A stretch of DNA of 64,000 nt from an uncultured Chloroflexia bacterium (GCA_963726245.1 CAVSBT010000015.1:224001-288000); one strand, 5' to 3'; numbered from the stretch's first letter, positions 49,321 to 59,760 are shown. A program made the numbers and translations. Notes: generated by a model from the sequence alone, not told the origin.

Positions 49321-49333
49321 AGGGGGAGGCCGG

Positions 49334-49960
49334 GTGCGCATCTCGCTTATCCCCAGAGACTACCATTTCTTCGACCTGCTCCATGCCAGCGCCAAGAACC
49401 TGGTTGAGGCGGGTGAAACCCTGCTTGATCTCATGCAGCACTACCAGAACGTCGAGATGAAGATCGCCCATATGGGTGAGCTGGAGCACAAAGGGGACAC
49501 CATCACCCACGAGATCATGGCGCGCCTGCACAAGACGTTCGTTACCCCTATAGAGCGCGAGGATATCGCCCGGCTGGCCGACAACCTGGACGACGTGATG
49601 GACCATGTCGAGGAGGCGACCGCCAACATGAAGCTCTATGAGGTGTCAAGCCCGACGGCCCTCAGCGCGGAGATAGCGGACATTGTGCGCCTGATGACCA
49701 TCAAGGTGGAGGAGGCGATATCGCGCCTGCCTGACCGTCGCCGCATGCGGGATATCCTCCCCTACTGCGTGGAGCTCAACCGCCTGGAGAACGTCGGCGA
49801 TGAGCTCTTCCGGAAGGCGATGGCCGAGCTCTTCCAGACTGAGACCGACACCGCGGAGATCATCAAGTGGCGTGACATCTACCGCCCGCTGGAGGCGGCC
49901 ATGGATCGATGTGAGGATGTCGCCAACCTGCTGGAAGGGATCGTCCTCCGGCATGCCTGA
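49334..49960 (+). CDS. DUF47 (PhoU-like) phosphate transport regulator
   Basis: EHKGDTITH, TFVTPIEREDI, LENVGD, DRCEDVAN. Confidence 0.9.
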   Translation: MRISLIPRDYHFFDLLHASAKNLVEAGETLLDLMQHYQNVEMKIAHMGELEHKGDTITHEIMARLHKTFVTPIEREDIARLADNLDDVMDHVEEATANMKLYEVSSPTALSAEIADIVRLMTIKVEEAISRLPDRRRMRDILPYCVELNRLENVGDELFRKAMAELFQTETDTAEIIKWRDIYRPLEAAMDRCEDVANLLEGIVLRHA

Positions 49961-50040
49961 CGGTTCGCGATCTTGTCCCAGCCTGAAGTACAAGGGGTCT
50001 TGCCGGCCCCTTGTCGTTGTGTAGCGAGGCGCCTGGGCGG

Positions 50041-51036
50041 TTGGACGCTGAGCTTGCGGGCATAATCTTCCTCGTCGGTGTCGCCCTTCTCTTCGACTTC
50101 CTGAACGGCATGCACGATGCCGCCAACTCGATCGCCACCGTTGTCTCCACCAGGGTCCTCAGCCCGCTGCAGGCGGTGGTTTGGGCGGCCTTCTTCAACT
50201 TCGTGGCAGCCTTCTTCTTCGGTGTCAGCGTCGCCAATACCATCGGCACGGGCATCATTCACACCAATATCGTGAACGAACACGTTATCTTCTCCGCGCT
50301 CGCCGGCGCTATCGTCTGGAATGCCGTGACGATCTACCTGGGGTTGCCCATCAGCTCCTCCCACGCCCTCGTCGGCGGGCTGATGGGAGCGGGGCTAGCG
50401 TACGGCGGCCCGGACACCCTCGTCTTCGGTGGAATAAGGAAAGTGGTCATCTTCATGGGCCTGGCGCCGCTCATCGGGTTCTCTGTGGCGGCGCCTCTCA
50501 TGATTGGCGTGCTGTGGTTGATACGCGGGATGGCCCCTCGCACGGTAGGGCGCGTGTTCGGTCGCCTTCAATTAGTCTCTGCCGCTGCGTTTAGCCTGGG
50601 CCACGGAACCAACGATGCCCAGAAGACGATGGGGATCATCGCCGTGCTGCTGTTCTCCACCGGCCACCTGGGGGACCACTTCTACGTGCCCATCTGGGTG
50701 ATCCTGGCGGCCCATGCCTCCATAGCGACGGGCACGCTGTTGGGAGGGTGGAGGATAGTGAGGACGCTGGGCATGCGCGTCACGGAGCTCCGGCCGCACG
50801 GAGGGTTCTGCGCCGAGACGGCGGCGGCGGTGACCCTCTTCGCCACCGCGCACGCCGGCATACCCGCGAGCACTACTCACACCATCACGGGCGCCATCAT
50901 CGGCGTGGGATCCACGCGACGCCTCTCGGCCGTACGCTGGGGGGTCGCGGGGAACATTGTCACCGCCTGGATCCTCACCATACCAGGCGCCGCTATCGTG
51001 TCCTTTCTGACCTTCTACGCCACCAAGTTCCTGTAG
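50041..51036 (+). CDS. pit: PiT family inorganic phosphate transporter
   Basis: NGMHDAANSIAT, PISSSH, HGTNDAQK, PASTTH. Start approximate. Confidence 0.9.
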   Translation: MDAELAGIIFLVGVALLFDFLNGMHDAANSIATVVSTRVLSPLQAVVWAAFFNFVAAFFFGVSVANTIGTGIIHTNIVNEHVIFSALAGAIVWNAVTIYLGLPISSSHALVGGLMGAGLAYGGPDTLVFGGIRKVVIFMGLAPLIGFSVAAPLMIGVLWLIRGMAPRTVGRVFGRLQLVSAAAFSLGHGTNDAQKTMGIIAVLLFSTGHLGDHFYVPIWVILAAHASIATGTLLGGWRIVRTLGMRVTELRPHGGFCAETAAAVTLFATAHAGIPASTTHTITGAIIGVGSTRRLSAVRWGVAGNIVTAWILTIPGAAIVSFLTFYATKFL

Positions 51037-51162
51037 ATATTGGAGGGAGCTAGCCGGCGGGCCTCAGCGTTGACCGTCGAATCCGGCGATGGCACACTGC
51101 AGGCAGGTCCTGCCTGATCAGGTTGCCACAGATCCACCCACGCTCAGAAAGGGGACCCCAGA

Positions 51163-51954
51163 ATGGAGTACCGCGACCTCCTCTACGCCAAGGATGGTCA
51201 TATCGCCACGATCACCCTCAACCGGCCCGACCGCCTGAACGCCATCAGCCTGGCGATGCTCGAAAGCTTCTCCGCAGCCCTGCGAGAAGCGGACGCGGAC
51301 CACGAGGTGCGGGTCATCATTCTCACCGGGGCGGGCCGGGGGTTCTGCGCCGGATTGGACTTGAAAGACCCGGGCGGCCTCCAGCCCAGCGAGGAGCAGG
51401 GCGGGCGCTCGGCCCGCTTCGACCTGGCCAGCAGCCCACCAGTGGTCCTGCACACCACCGACAAGCCGGTGATCTGCGCTCTGAACGGCGCCGCCGTCGG
51501 CTATGGCTTCGACATGGCGCTCGGCTGCGACATCCGCATCGCTTCCGAGCAGGGAAGATTGGGGGCTGTCTTCACCAGGAGGGCCATCGTGCCCGAGAGC
51601 GGCGGCACATGGCTGCTGCCGCGCCTCGTGGGCTGGGCGAAGGCCTGCGAGCTGGCGTTCCGGGGCGCCATAATCAGCGCCGAGGAAGCCTTAAGGCTTG
51701 GGCTGGTGAACGCCGTCGTCCCCCACGAGCGGCTGATGACCGAGGCGCACGCCTGGGCGGAGGAGATAGCCGGCAACGCCCCTCTGGCTGTGCAGGCCAC
51801 GAAGCGCATGATGCGTCTGGGTCTGGAGGAGACCTTCCAGGCCAGCGTTCACCACGTGTACCTCCAGCTCCTGCCGCTCTTCGCCAGCCAGGACTTCATC
51901 GAAGGGATCCAGTCGTTCATGGAGAAGCGGCCGCCTCAGTTCAAGGGGCGGTAA
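51163..51954 (+). CDS. Enoyl-CoA hydratase/isomerase family
   Basis: LNRPDRLNA, FCAGLDL, NGAAVGYG, PESGG. Confidence 0.9.
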   Translation: MEYRDLLYAKDGHIATITLNRPDRLNAISLAMLESFSAALREADADHEVRVIILTGAGRGFCAGLDLKDPGGLQPSEEQGGRSARFDLASSPPVVLHTTDKPVICALNGAAVGYGFDMALGCDIRIASEQGRLGAVFTRRAIVPESGGTWLLPRLVGWAKACELAFRGAIISAEEALRLGLVNAVVPHERLMTEAHAWAEEIAGNAPLAVQATKRMMRLGLEETFQASVHHVYLQLLPLFASQDFIEGIQSFMEKRPPQFKGR

Positions 51955-51984
51955 CGTCGAGGCGGGGCAGCGGGCCGGCGGGCG

Positions 51985-53324
51985 CTACAGCCCGCACTCG
52001 TCGAGTTGCGCGCCGTCGCGACGGGCGTCGCGGACGTCGTATGCCAGGAAGCGGCCCTGAGGATCACGGTAGATAAGCCTGGCCCTGCCCTGCTGCTCGA
52101 ACTCGGCGAGCAGCTTGTCTTCGTTCGTCCCCCACTTTAGCGGGAAGTCCTTTTCCATCAGCACTACGTCAATGCCCTTGGCGCCGAGGAAGCAGGTGTA
52201 TTGCTCCGGGCTGCTCCACCAGCGCCGATACTGGCTCTGATCGAAGAACTCCTGCGCCAGCACCGCCCCGTGCTTGATCAACTGGTAGGCGCCGTCCTCA
52301 CGGTCGTTGGGCTCCAGGACGCGATAGGTGAGAGCGCGGTCGAACTGGGGCGAGCTGATGAACTCGCCGTAGAAAGGGTGTGAGTTGTGGTTGAAGCCGT
52401 ACGTGTTCACGTGCTTGTGTTCGATGCGGAAGGCGAACGTGAGAGCCACCACGGCGAAGGCCGGCAGGAAAAGGCGCGCAGCACCGGCGCCAGCATCGAC
52501 ACCACGAGCGGCAGCACGACGACAGCGCCGCGGAAGCGGGCCATGTACCTCAGCGTCCCCACCAGGTACGACTCCCTGGTGGTTTCCACCAAGGGCGTGG
52601 TGCGGGCATAGAGGGCGTACGGCAGGACGATCGCTGCCGCTATCGCCATGGCGGCGAACAGGCGGACGGCGTCCCGCGGCCGCCGCGCTGCCGCATACAG
52701 CGTGTATCCGATCACCGTTGCGGCGCCGGCGAAGGGGTGTGTGGTGACGGCGAGAACCGCCCAGGCTGCGGCGGCGACCCACCGCCGCCTGTCCACGGCT
52801 TCGACGCACATGAAGAAGAAGCCCACCGACCAGATGAAAGTGAACTGGAAGGACACCAGCCCCTCGATGAGAAACGTGTTCGCATAGATGAGCGCCAGAA
52901 GCCGCGGGTCGCGGAGCGCCGGGCGGGCGCGCGTCGCCGCATAGCCGTAGAAGATGAAGCCGGCCACCATGGCCGCCGTCACAGACCGGTCGCCGAGCAG
53001 CAGGTAAGGCAGGGCGGTCGCCAGGTACACCGCGATGCCGTAGGGAAAGGTCAGGGCGTGCCCGGACTCCAGGTAGCGCACGTGCAAGGGCAGCCGCCAG
53101 TGATGGAAGAGCTGGTCGGAGACGTACCAGACGTGGGCATAGTGATGCGCCGAGTCGGAACCCAGGAACCGCGTCTTCGTTAGCACGACGCCGCACATGA
53201 AGACGATGCCCAGCAGCGCCCCTGCCGCGACGGTGAACTGCACCAGCGTGTGCCACGCATGCCAGCGCTGGCTCGATTGGCGCCACAGCAGCAGTGCGCG
53301 TGGAAACGTCAGCTCCTCGAACAA
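51985..53324 (-). CDS. Multi-pass membrane protein, possibly GT-C-like (indel near 52470)
   Basis: TM helices and the GSDSAHHYAHVWY loop lie in ORF 52407-53360; the soluble C-terminus lies in the frame ending at 51985. Confidence 0.55.
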
Positions 53325-54085
53325 CCTGCACCTTCGACCCGTCCTGTGCCGCGGGCACACCGGTGATATCTGGCACCGTCACAGGCTCGTAGCCGCGCTC
53401 GCGCAATCCGTCGATGATCTGCGGCAGGGCCTCGACCGTGTTCGTGCGGTCCGGGTTGCCGCCGCCGAGTCCGCCGTCGTGCAGCAGGACGATCGCGCCC
53501 GGGTGCGCCTCTGACAGGACGTTGTCCGCTATTTGGGCGGCCGGCAGGTCGCGCCAGTCCGCCGAGTCCGTGTCCCAGCCGATGGAAACGTAGCCCGCGC
53601 CGTACAGCCCCCGAAGCATCGTCTCGCTCGTGTGGCCGTAGGGGGCGCGGTACAGCCTCGGCCGGTATCCAAGGATGCCCTCAAGCACGACCTCTGCGTG
53701 CTTCAGATCAGCCTGGAAGTCATCCGGCCCAGCCAGCGACAGACCCTCTGAGTGTGAGTAGGAATGTGAGCCCACGACCATGCCGAGCTCACTCTCTTCT
53801 CTCACGAGGTCCGGGTGCGCGGCGGCAGCCTTGCCCTCCACGAAGAACGTGGCCTTCACGTTACGTGCTCGCAGTATGTCGAGGATCTGCTGGGTGTAGG
53901 GCGGGTTGGGGCCGTCATCGAAGGTCAGGGCGACCTGCCGAAGGTCCCTGCAACCAGAGCTGAGGTGGGTAGCCTGAGGGGCAGCGGGGTTGAGGGCAGA
54001 GCCCAAGAGAAGGGAAAGAGGATGCAATCAGCAGGACGAGGAGAAACGACACGCGCCGTCGGGACAAACGTCTGGCGGTGCTCAT
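53309..54085 (-). CDS. NodB-type polysaccharide deacetylase (indel near 54025; 3' end uncertain)
   Basis: LTFDDGP, HSYSH, YRAPYG, DSADW, VLLHDG. Confidence 0.82.
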
Positions 54086-54151
54086 GGTCGCCAGCAGTAT
54101 CGCGCGGGGAAACCGCTGGCTCAAGAGGTTACTCTCGGCCGCACTGGACCA

Positions 54152-55414
54152 CTACTGCGTTCTCCAGGTCGTCCCGTTAGGGTCATCCTCAAGGATGATT
54201 CCCAGGGCAGCGAGGCTGTCTCGGATCTCGTCCGCCAGGGACCAGTTCTCGGCGTCGCGCAGTTGCGAGCGCAGGTCGATGAGAAGCTCGACGAAGGGCG
54301 CTATGCGCGCCACTGCGTCGGCGGGGGAAGAAGCGAGCTGCCCGCTCCAAGCGATGAGCATCTGGCGCAGGCCGGCGCGGCCGCGGGATATCAGGCCCTC
54401 ATCCACGCCGGCGTCTTGCGCCTCATCCACCGCTTTCGCCAGGTCGTGGACGTCGCCGGCCAGATCAGTGGGGTGCGCGCGTTCACCGGTTGCTGCGGCG
54501 AGCCTTTGCCCAGCCGCATCGACCTGCCGCCGCAGGATTTCGCCCGCCCCGGCTGTTAGCCCCTCGGTCTTAGCGGGAGTTAGTCGCCGCGACCGGCTGC
54601 TGCGGACGGCCGCTCCACCTCGCAGGCGGTCGAGGCTGAAGGAGACTCCCGCCCCGAACTTCTCCTCCCGGCCCTTCCGTCGCACCGTCACCTGGCCCGC
54701 GCCCATCACCCTGCCCTCGTTCTCGCCCACGTCCAGGATGCAGGCGGTGTACTCGTCTATCCCCAGCACCGTCGTTGAGTCGGGCAGAAGCCGCTCCAAA
54801 ACGTCGAAGCGAGGCTGGCCCATGAAGCAGAACCGCGTGTCGAACGTGGCGCCCTCCGCGTTGTTCCAGTGGCTCAAGATCGCCAGATCGAAGCCGTAGG
54901 GAGCCAGCAGATTCAGGCCTTCCACCCAGTGCGGCTCCTCACCGACCTTGTAGATCTCGTAAACCGGCAGAGCGTACCGGCCCATCGCAATCGCCGCGGC
55001 GCTCGCCAGCACCAGGTGCGCTCCTTCGTCGACGCGCCTGGCGACGAGATCGAACACGGGTGTGTCTCGCCAGTTACGAACGGCGTACGTCGGACTTCCG
55101 GGACCGGCGAAGATGTAGTCAGCGCGCCGCAACTTCCTGAGGGCGCTCTCCACTTCCCGGGCCGCGGCCCGACCGGCCGACTTGAAGGTGACGACTTCGC
55201 AGGGCACCCCCACATAGTCGGCGACGTACGCGCTGGCCTTCTGGGAAATCTCGTCGGCATTCAGCTCGAAGCCGGCCGGCGTGTCCAGGAAGACGGCCCT
55301 CACCGGCTCCTTGATCTTCGATATGAGCCAGCGGTGCACTTTGCTCATGGCCCTTGTCATTTCGCCAGAGCCCATGAGCGTCACCGTCCCTGGTGAGCGA
55401 ATGTCTGAGGCCAT
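54152..55414 (-). CDS. Peptidase S51/cyanophycinase-like domain fused to a CysRS-type C-terminal domain
   Basis: LMGSGE, FAGPGSPTY, LASAAA, HWNNAEG, LGIDEYT; C-terminus LRSQLRDAENWSLADEIRDSLAALGIILEDDPNGTTW. Confidence 0.75.
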   Translation of the reverse strand: MASDIRSPGTVTLMGSGEMTRAMSKVHRWLISKIKEPVRAVFLDTPAGFELNADEISQKASAYVADYVGVPCEVVTFKSAGRAAAREVESALRKLRRADYIFAGPGSPTYAVRNWRDTPVFDLVARRVDEGAHLVLASAAAIAMGRYALPVYEIYKVGEEPHWVEGLNLLAPYGFDLAILSHWNNAEGATFDTRFCFMGQPRFDVLERLLPDSTTVLGIDEYTACILDVGENEGRVMGAGQVTVRRKGREEKFGAGVSFSLDRLRGGAAVRSSRSRRLTPAKTEGLTAGAGEILRRQVDAAGQRLAAATGERAHPTDLAGDVHDLAKAVDEAQDAGVDEGLISRGRAGLRQMLIAWSGQLASSPADAVARIAPFVELLIDLRSQLRDAENWSLADEIRDSLAALGIILEDDPNGTTWRTQ

Positions 55415-55421
55415 CGCTGCC

Positions 55422-56276
55422 CTATTCTTGGGTTTCGAACGCCCGCATCGCCAGCAGCATCATGACGACGGCAAAGCAGGCAAGGATGAGGATATCCTCA
55501 AACGTTCCCAGGTGGTGATTGGCAATCTTGATGCCGGGAGCGAGCTTGGCGCCGAGAAGGAGGCGCCGCATCGGGTCTACACCGTAGGCGACGGGGTCGA
55601 GGCGAGTGACAACGCTCATCCATACCGGCAGTTGCTTCAGAGGGAAGAACGCGCCGCTCAGGAAGAACATGGGCATGATGAGGAAGTTCATGATCATCTG
55701 GAAGGCTTGCATGGATTCGAGGCGGGCCGCTATGAGGATGCCCATGGAGGTGAGAGCCAGCGCCGTCAGGAACATGAGGCCCAGGAGCTCGAGGACAAGC
55801 AACGGGTTCAGCGATACGCCGAGGATGGGCGCCAGGATCAGTAGGATCGCACCCTGGAACATGGCCACGGTGCTCCCGCCAAGGGCTTTTCCCAGCACCA
55901 CCGCCGCCCGGCTGATGGGGGCCACCAGCACCTCACGCAGGAAGCCGAACTCCCTGTCCCAGACGATGGACATGGCGCTGAAGACCGCTGTGAAGAGCAC
56001 CGCCATGGCGACGATGCCCGGGAAGAGGAAGCGGACGTAAGACACGTCGCCCAGTTCCGACGTGAGGCCGGCGCCCAGCGAGGCCGTCAGGCCGCTGCCG
56101 AAGACGACCAGGAACAGGAGCGGCTGGCCCAGTGAGGAAACAAGCCGGGCGCGGTCGCGCCAGTAGCGCAGCACCTCGCGATACCAGATGATGTAGACAC
56201 CGCTGGCGTTGGCCCTGACGTCCGCCCGCCAGCCGCGGGCGGGCAGCGCAGCAGTCGGTGCATAGGTAGTGGTCAT
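55422..56276 (-). CDS. ABC-2 type permease (DrrB-like)
   Basis: DREFGFLREVLVAP, FFLSGAFFP, TM helices. Confidence 0.9.
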   Translation of the reverse strand: MTTTYAPTAALPARGWRADVRANASGVYIIWYREVLRYWRDRARLVSSLGQPLLFLVVFGSGLTASLGAGLTSELGDVSYVRFLFPGIVAMAVLFTAVFSAMSIVWDREFGFLREVLVAPISRAAVVLGKALGGSTVAMFQGAILLILAPILGVSLNPLLVLELLGLMFLTALALTSMGILIAARLESMQAFQMIMNFLIMPMFFLSGAFFPLKQLPVWMSVVTRLDPVAYGVDPMRRLLLGAKLAPGIKIANHHLGTFEDILILACFAVVMMLLAMRAFETQE

Positions 56277-57260
56277 CTAGCGCCGTCCTCCTCTCCACAA
56301 GTCGCCCGTGGAGCCGCATCATGGTCACCGGGTTCGCCTCCTGCTCCCGAATTGCGCGTCCCGTAAGCTTCAGGAAGACGTCGTCCAGCGTCGGCCGGTG
56401 CAGGTCCACCGAATTGACGGAGATTCCGAGCTCACGGACGAGCCGGGGAATGAACTCGGCGCCGGCCTCGACCTCCAGGCGGAGGCGCGTGTCATCTCGC
56501 TTCGGCTCCAGGCCGAACCGCTCCCGGATCTCCTGCGCCGCCCGCTCATCGTCCTCGGTCTGAAGGCTCACGATGTCCACACCCACCATGCCTTTGAGCG
56601 CGTCCGGCGTGTCCAGCGCCACTATCTTCCCCTGGTCAATGATGGCGATGCGATGGCAGTGCTCCGCCTCGTCCATGTAGTGGGTGGTCATGAAGATGGT
56701 GATCCCGTGGGCTCGCTGCAGCTCCAGGATGTACGTCCCAGACATGCTCGCGCGTCTGAGGGTCCAGCCCAAGAGTCGGCTCATCCAGGAAGAGGACGCT
56801 GGGATGATGCAGGATCCCGCGGGCGATCTCGAGACGCCGCTTCATGCCTCCGGAGAACGTGCGGACAATGGCGTCGCGGCGATCCCACAGCTCGACGACC
56901 CGCAGCACCTCCTCGATCCGCTGGGCGCGCTCACCGCCCGGCACGTTGTACACGTGGGCGTGAAAGCTGGAGGTTCTCATAGGCGGTGAGCTGATCGTCG
57001 ACGCTCGGGTCCTGGAACACGAGGCCGATCGATTGGCGGACGGCATTCCGCTGGGTCGCTACGTCGTAGCCCGCAACCCTGGCCGTGCCCGCCGTCGGGC
57101 GCATCAGCGTGCAGAGGATGTTGATAGTCGTGGTCTTGCCGGCCCCATTGGGCCCGAGGAAGCCGAAGACCTCACCCTCCTCTACCTGGAAGCTGATGTG
57201 GTCGACCGCGGTGAGAGGGCCGAAGTTCTTGGTGAGTCCGATGACCTCAACGGAAGACAT
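56277..57260 (-). CDS. ABC transporter ATP-binding protein, DrrA-like (indels near 56970, 56740, 56290)
   Basis: GPNGAGKTT, FSGGMKRRLE, LFLDEPT, TTHYMDEAE across frames. Confidence 0.88.
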
Positions 57261-57398
57261 CTATCATTATTATACTTCCAAGGCGGGCATCGAGCCGAAT
57301 TGTGGCGAGTCTCACATTCCTTGTGACGCGCTTGACATCCTTTCGGTTGATGGGTAGCGTGAATCTGTAGAGGGAAGACTGGTGTCAGGGAGGGAGCC

Positions 57399-58069
57399 AT
57401 GTCGTCATCCGATCAGCCGAGTCTCGCGAGACAGCTCATCATCATTCACGCAGCCATCACTCGGGGTCTCGAAGTGGCCATGAGTCGCAGCCGGTCCTTT
57501 GCCAGCAGGGCTTGTCCGATGCGTCGGTCCGATCAGGGTTCATCAGCTACCTACGGAGCTTCGTGTCCGTGCTTAATGCCCACCATCTGACGGAAGATGA
57601 GGTGATCTTCCCCTATTTCCGAGAGCAGATGTGGGAAGCGCCCTTTGACCTGCTGATGGCTCAGCACCATGCCATGGTGCGCCTGCTCGATGAAATGAAG
57701 GTGGAGATAGACGAGGCGGAGAGTCGTCCTCAAACCATTGAACCATTCGCCTCCATCGCCTGCGTTGCGACCGAGCTAGCCGAGACCTGGCATCCCCACA
57801 TCGTGAACGAAGAGACAGTCTTCAGTGCGGAGAGGATTGACGCGAGAGTCGCTCCAGATGAACAGCTCAGGCTGGGGAAGCTGTCAACCGAACACGGTAT
57901 GGCGCACTCCGGGCCCGATTACCTAGTCGTACCCTTCATCCTCTACAACCTGTCGCCCGAACAGAGGGAGACTCTCACGGATGAGATGCCTCCGATTGTC
58001 ACGCAGCAGCTTGTGCCGATCGCCTGGAAGGCGCAATGGGAGCCCATGTCGCCGTTCCTCCTAGAGTGA
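57399..58069 (+). CDS. Hemerythrin (HHE) domain protein (indel near 57510)
   Basis: IIIHAAITRGL, AHHLTEDEVIFP, AQHH, HPHIVNEE. Confidence 0.8.
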
Positions 58070-58098
58070 CGGAGGCCGGCGCCTGGCAGGAGGGAAGA

Positions 58099-58242
58099 AT
58101 GCCGAGCCTGCGAGCCACGTTTTCGAACCTGAGGGGGCCCATGCCGCTGGGACGCAAGATCCAGAGGCTCGTCGCCAACAACTGGACCAAGGTGCGGACG
58201 CGCAGCAACTGCTGCGGCCACCCCGGCGAGCCCGGGTGTTGA
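58099..58242 (+). CDS. 47-aa basic peptide ending CCGHPGEPGC; TGA possibly Sec, extending to 58287
   Basis: AGGAGGG RBS, ATG 58099, TGT-TGA at 58237-58242. Confidence 0.75.
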   Translation: MPSLRATFSNLRGPMPLGRKIQRLVANNWTKVRTRSNCCGHPGEPGC

Positions 58243-58247
58243 GAGGC

Positions 58248-58276
58248 GGCCACAGGCTCGGGTGCCGAGCCAGGCC
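58248..58276 (+). promoter_or_regulatory. Candidate bacterial SECIS hairpin
   Basis: GGCC-aca-GGCTCGG-gtg-CCGAGCC-a-GGCC; GU-containing loop 18-19 nt after the TGA; no U-tract. Confidence 0.45.
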
Positions 58277-58444
58277 AGCAAGGGTAAGCGGACCCCAGGA
58301 TTTGGTGCCTCTGGATTCACAGTGCCTCCGTGCTCTAGAGCCTCGCCGACTCAGAAGCTGCTGCTTCTACCCACACGGATCGTTGACGCTGGGGGGAGAT
58401 CGGTTGGAGCCCCGCCGCGGGAGAATCACCCAGGAGGTAACGGG

Positions 58445-58909
58445 ATGTGGAAGCTGGTCGTGGCGACCGGAATGGCGACCGCTCTTGCGCTCGTCATTGT
58501 CGCGAGCACCCAAGCGGCAATTCCACCGCTGAAGGCGCGTCTGCAGCCCGTGGGCGAGTCGAATGCGCACGGGAAAGTGGTATGGAAAAGAATGTCGGAG
58601 CAAGTCCCCCTCCACGTGCGCATCCGTGGCGCAGTGCCGCTTTCCAAGGTATCGCTCCGCGTTTGCGGGCTGACGGAAGACAGCGTCACAGGTAATCGCT
58701 TCGATCAATGCTGGGCCACGTTCACGGATTCCTGCCCGCCACATCCTAAGCATTCAGATCGACAGAAAGGGAAGGGCAGAAGTCAAGGTGATCCCGAAGC
58801 TGGCCGTCGCATCTGTTCACCTCTTGGAGGCCGAAAGAGTCGAACTATACGACTACCCCAGCGGAGAACTCATCGCGGTAGGCGAAATGGACGCGAGAGG
58901 GCGCGCTGA
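58445..58909 (+). CDS. Hypothetical exported protein (probably contains indels)
   Basis: AGGAGG RBS; signal-like MWKLVVATGMATALALVIVASTQA. Confidence 0.5.
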   Translation: MWKLVVATGMATALALVIVASTQAAIPPLKARLQPVGESNAHGKVVWKRMSEQVPLHVRIRGAVPLSKVSLRVCGLTEDSVTGNRFDQCWATFTDSCPPHPKHSDRQKGKGRSQGDPEAGRRICSPLGGRKSRTIRLPQRRTHRGRRNGRERAR

Positions 58910-59036
58910 CATGGACTGAGTGGCTGACGGATCAAGCCCCCACCCCGGCCGCCGACGCACAGAGACGCCGAGCCGTTGATGGGGACCGACGGCGCGTAGC
59001 CGTACATTAGGCAACTTCATTCATCGCAGGTGGGTC

Positions 59037-59760
59037 GTGTCGTCCATCTCCTACCCCGACCCAGGCGGCAACTTTGATGACCGGGCAATCCTGCGCAACG
59101 CCGTCTTGTTCTCAACGCCTCAGCGCTCCTTTGTCGCGGAGCAGATACGCTGTGCACCGGTAGAGAGGATGACCTTCCTAGGCCGCGCATATCTCGCGGT
59201 GGAGGCCTACTCGTGCAAAGCGCTGTCGCTAGAAGACTTCCTCGGATGGGTTGTCGTGCTTCGCGGGTGGGAGCCGGGAACGGTGGATAAGAGTCTTTGG
59301 GTGCTTCTCGACAAGAAACAGTTGAACGAGCAGGCCGAAAAGAAACTGGAGGACTGGGCCAAGGGCGTTACATCTGACCAACTGCGTGAGGCATTTCATA
59401 TTCCCACCGATAAAGAGCTGAGGGGCGCAGGGTTTGCCGAGGAGGTGGTTAACAGGATCAATACAGCAGTGTTAGCTCATGTTGACAGTGTAAGGCGAGC
59501 CATCGACTTCAGGACTCGAAACCAGCGCCGATTTGTCGTCGGGCACAACAAGATAAAGCACCTGCTGCTCGCGGTTCCCCAAGAGGAGGAGAACCGCATT
59601 CTTTTCCCTCGCTACAAGGGCACCAAAGAGGATGAGCACGGGCGGACGAGCCACCGGGTGCAGACGGCGGGAATCTCTTGTGAGTCAGACAACATCAGGC
59701 AGGTAGCGAGTGAAGCCATCGTCGGGCAGGCAGCCCTCAACGAACTTGCTCACCCTCAGC
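59037..59760 (+). CDS. Hypothetical protein with HEPN-like HNKIKH motif; true 3' end uncertain
   Basis: About 240 globular residues with atypical, more A-rich codons. The ORF tail to 60017 is antisense to the neighbouring gene. Confidence 0.5.

Noticed and set aside
58910-59036. attC-like integron site in the accessory region
   Set aside because: No proper RYYYAAC/GTTRRRY boxes and no integrase.
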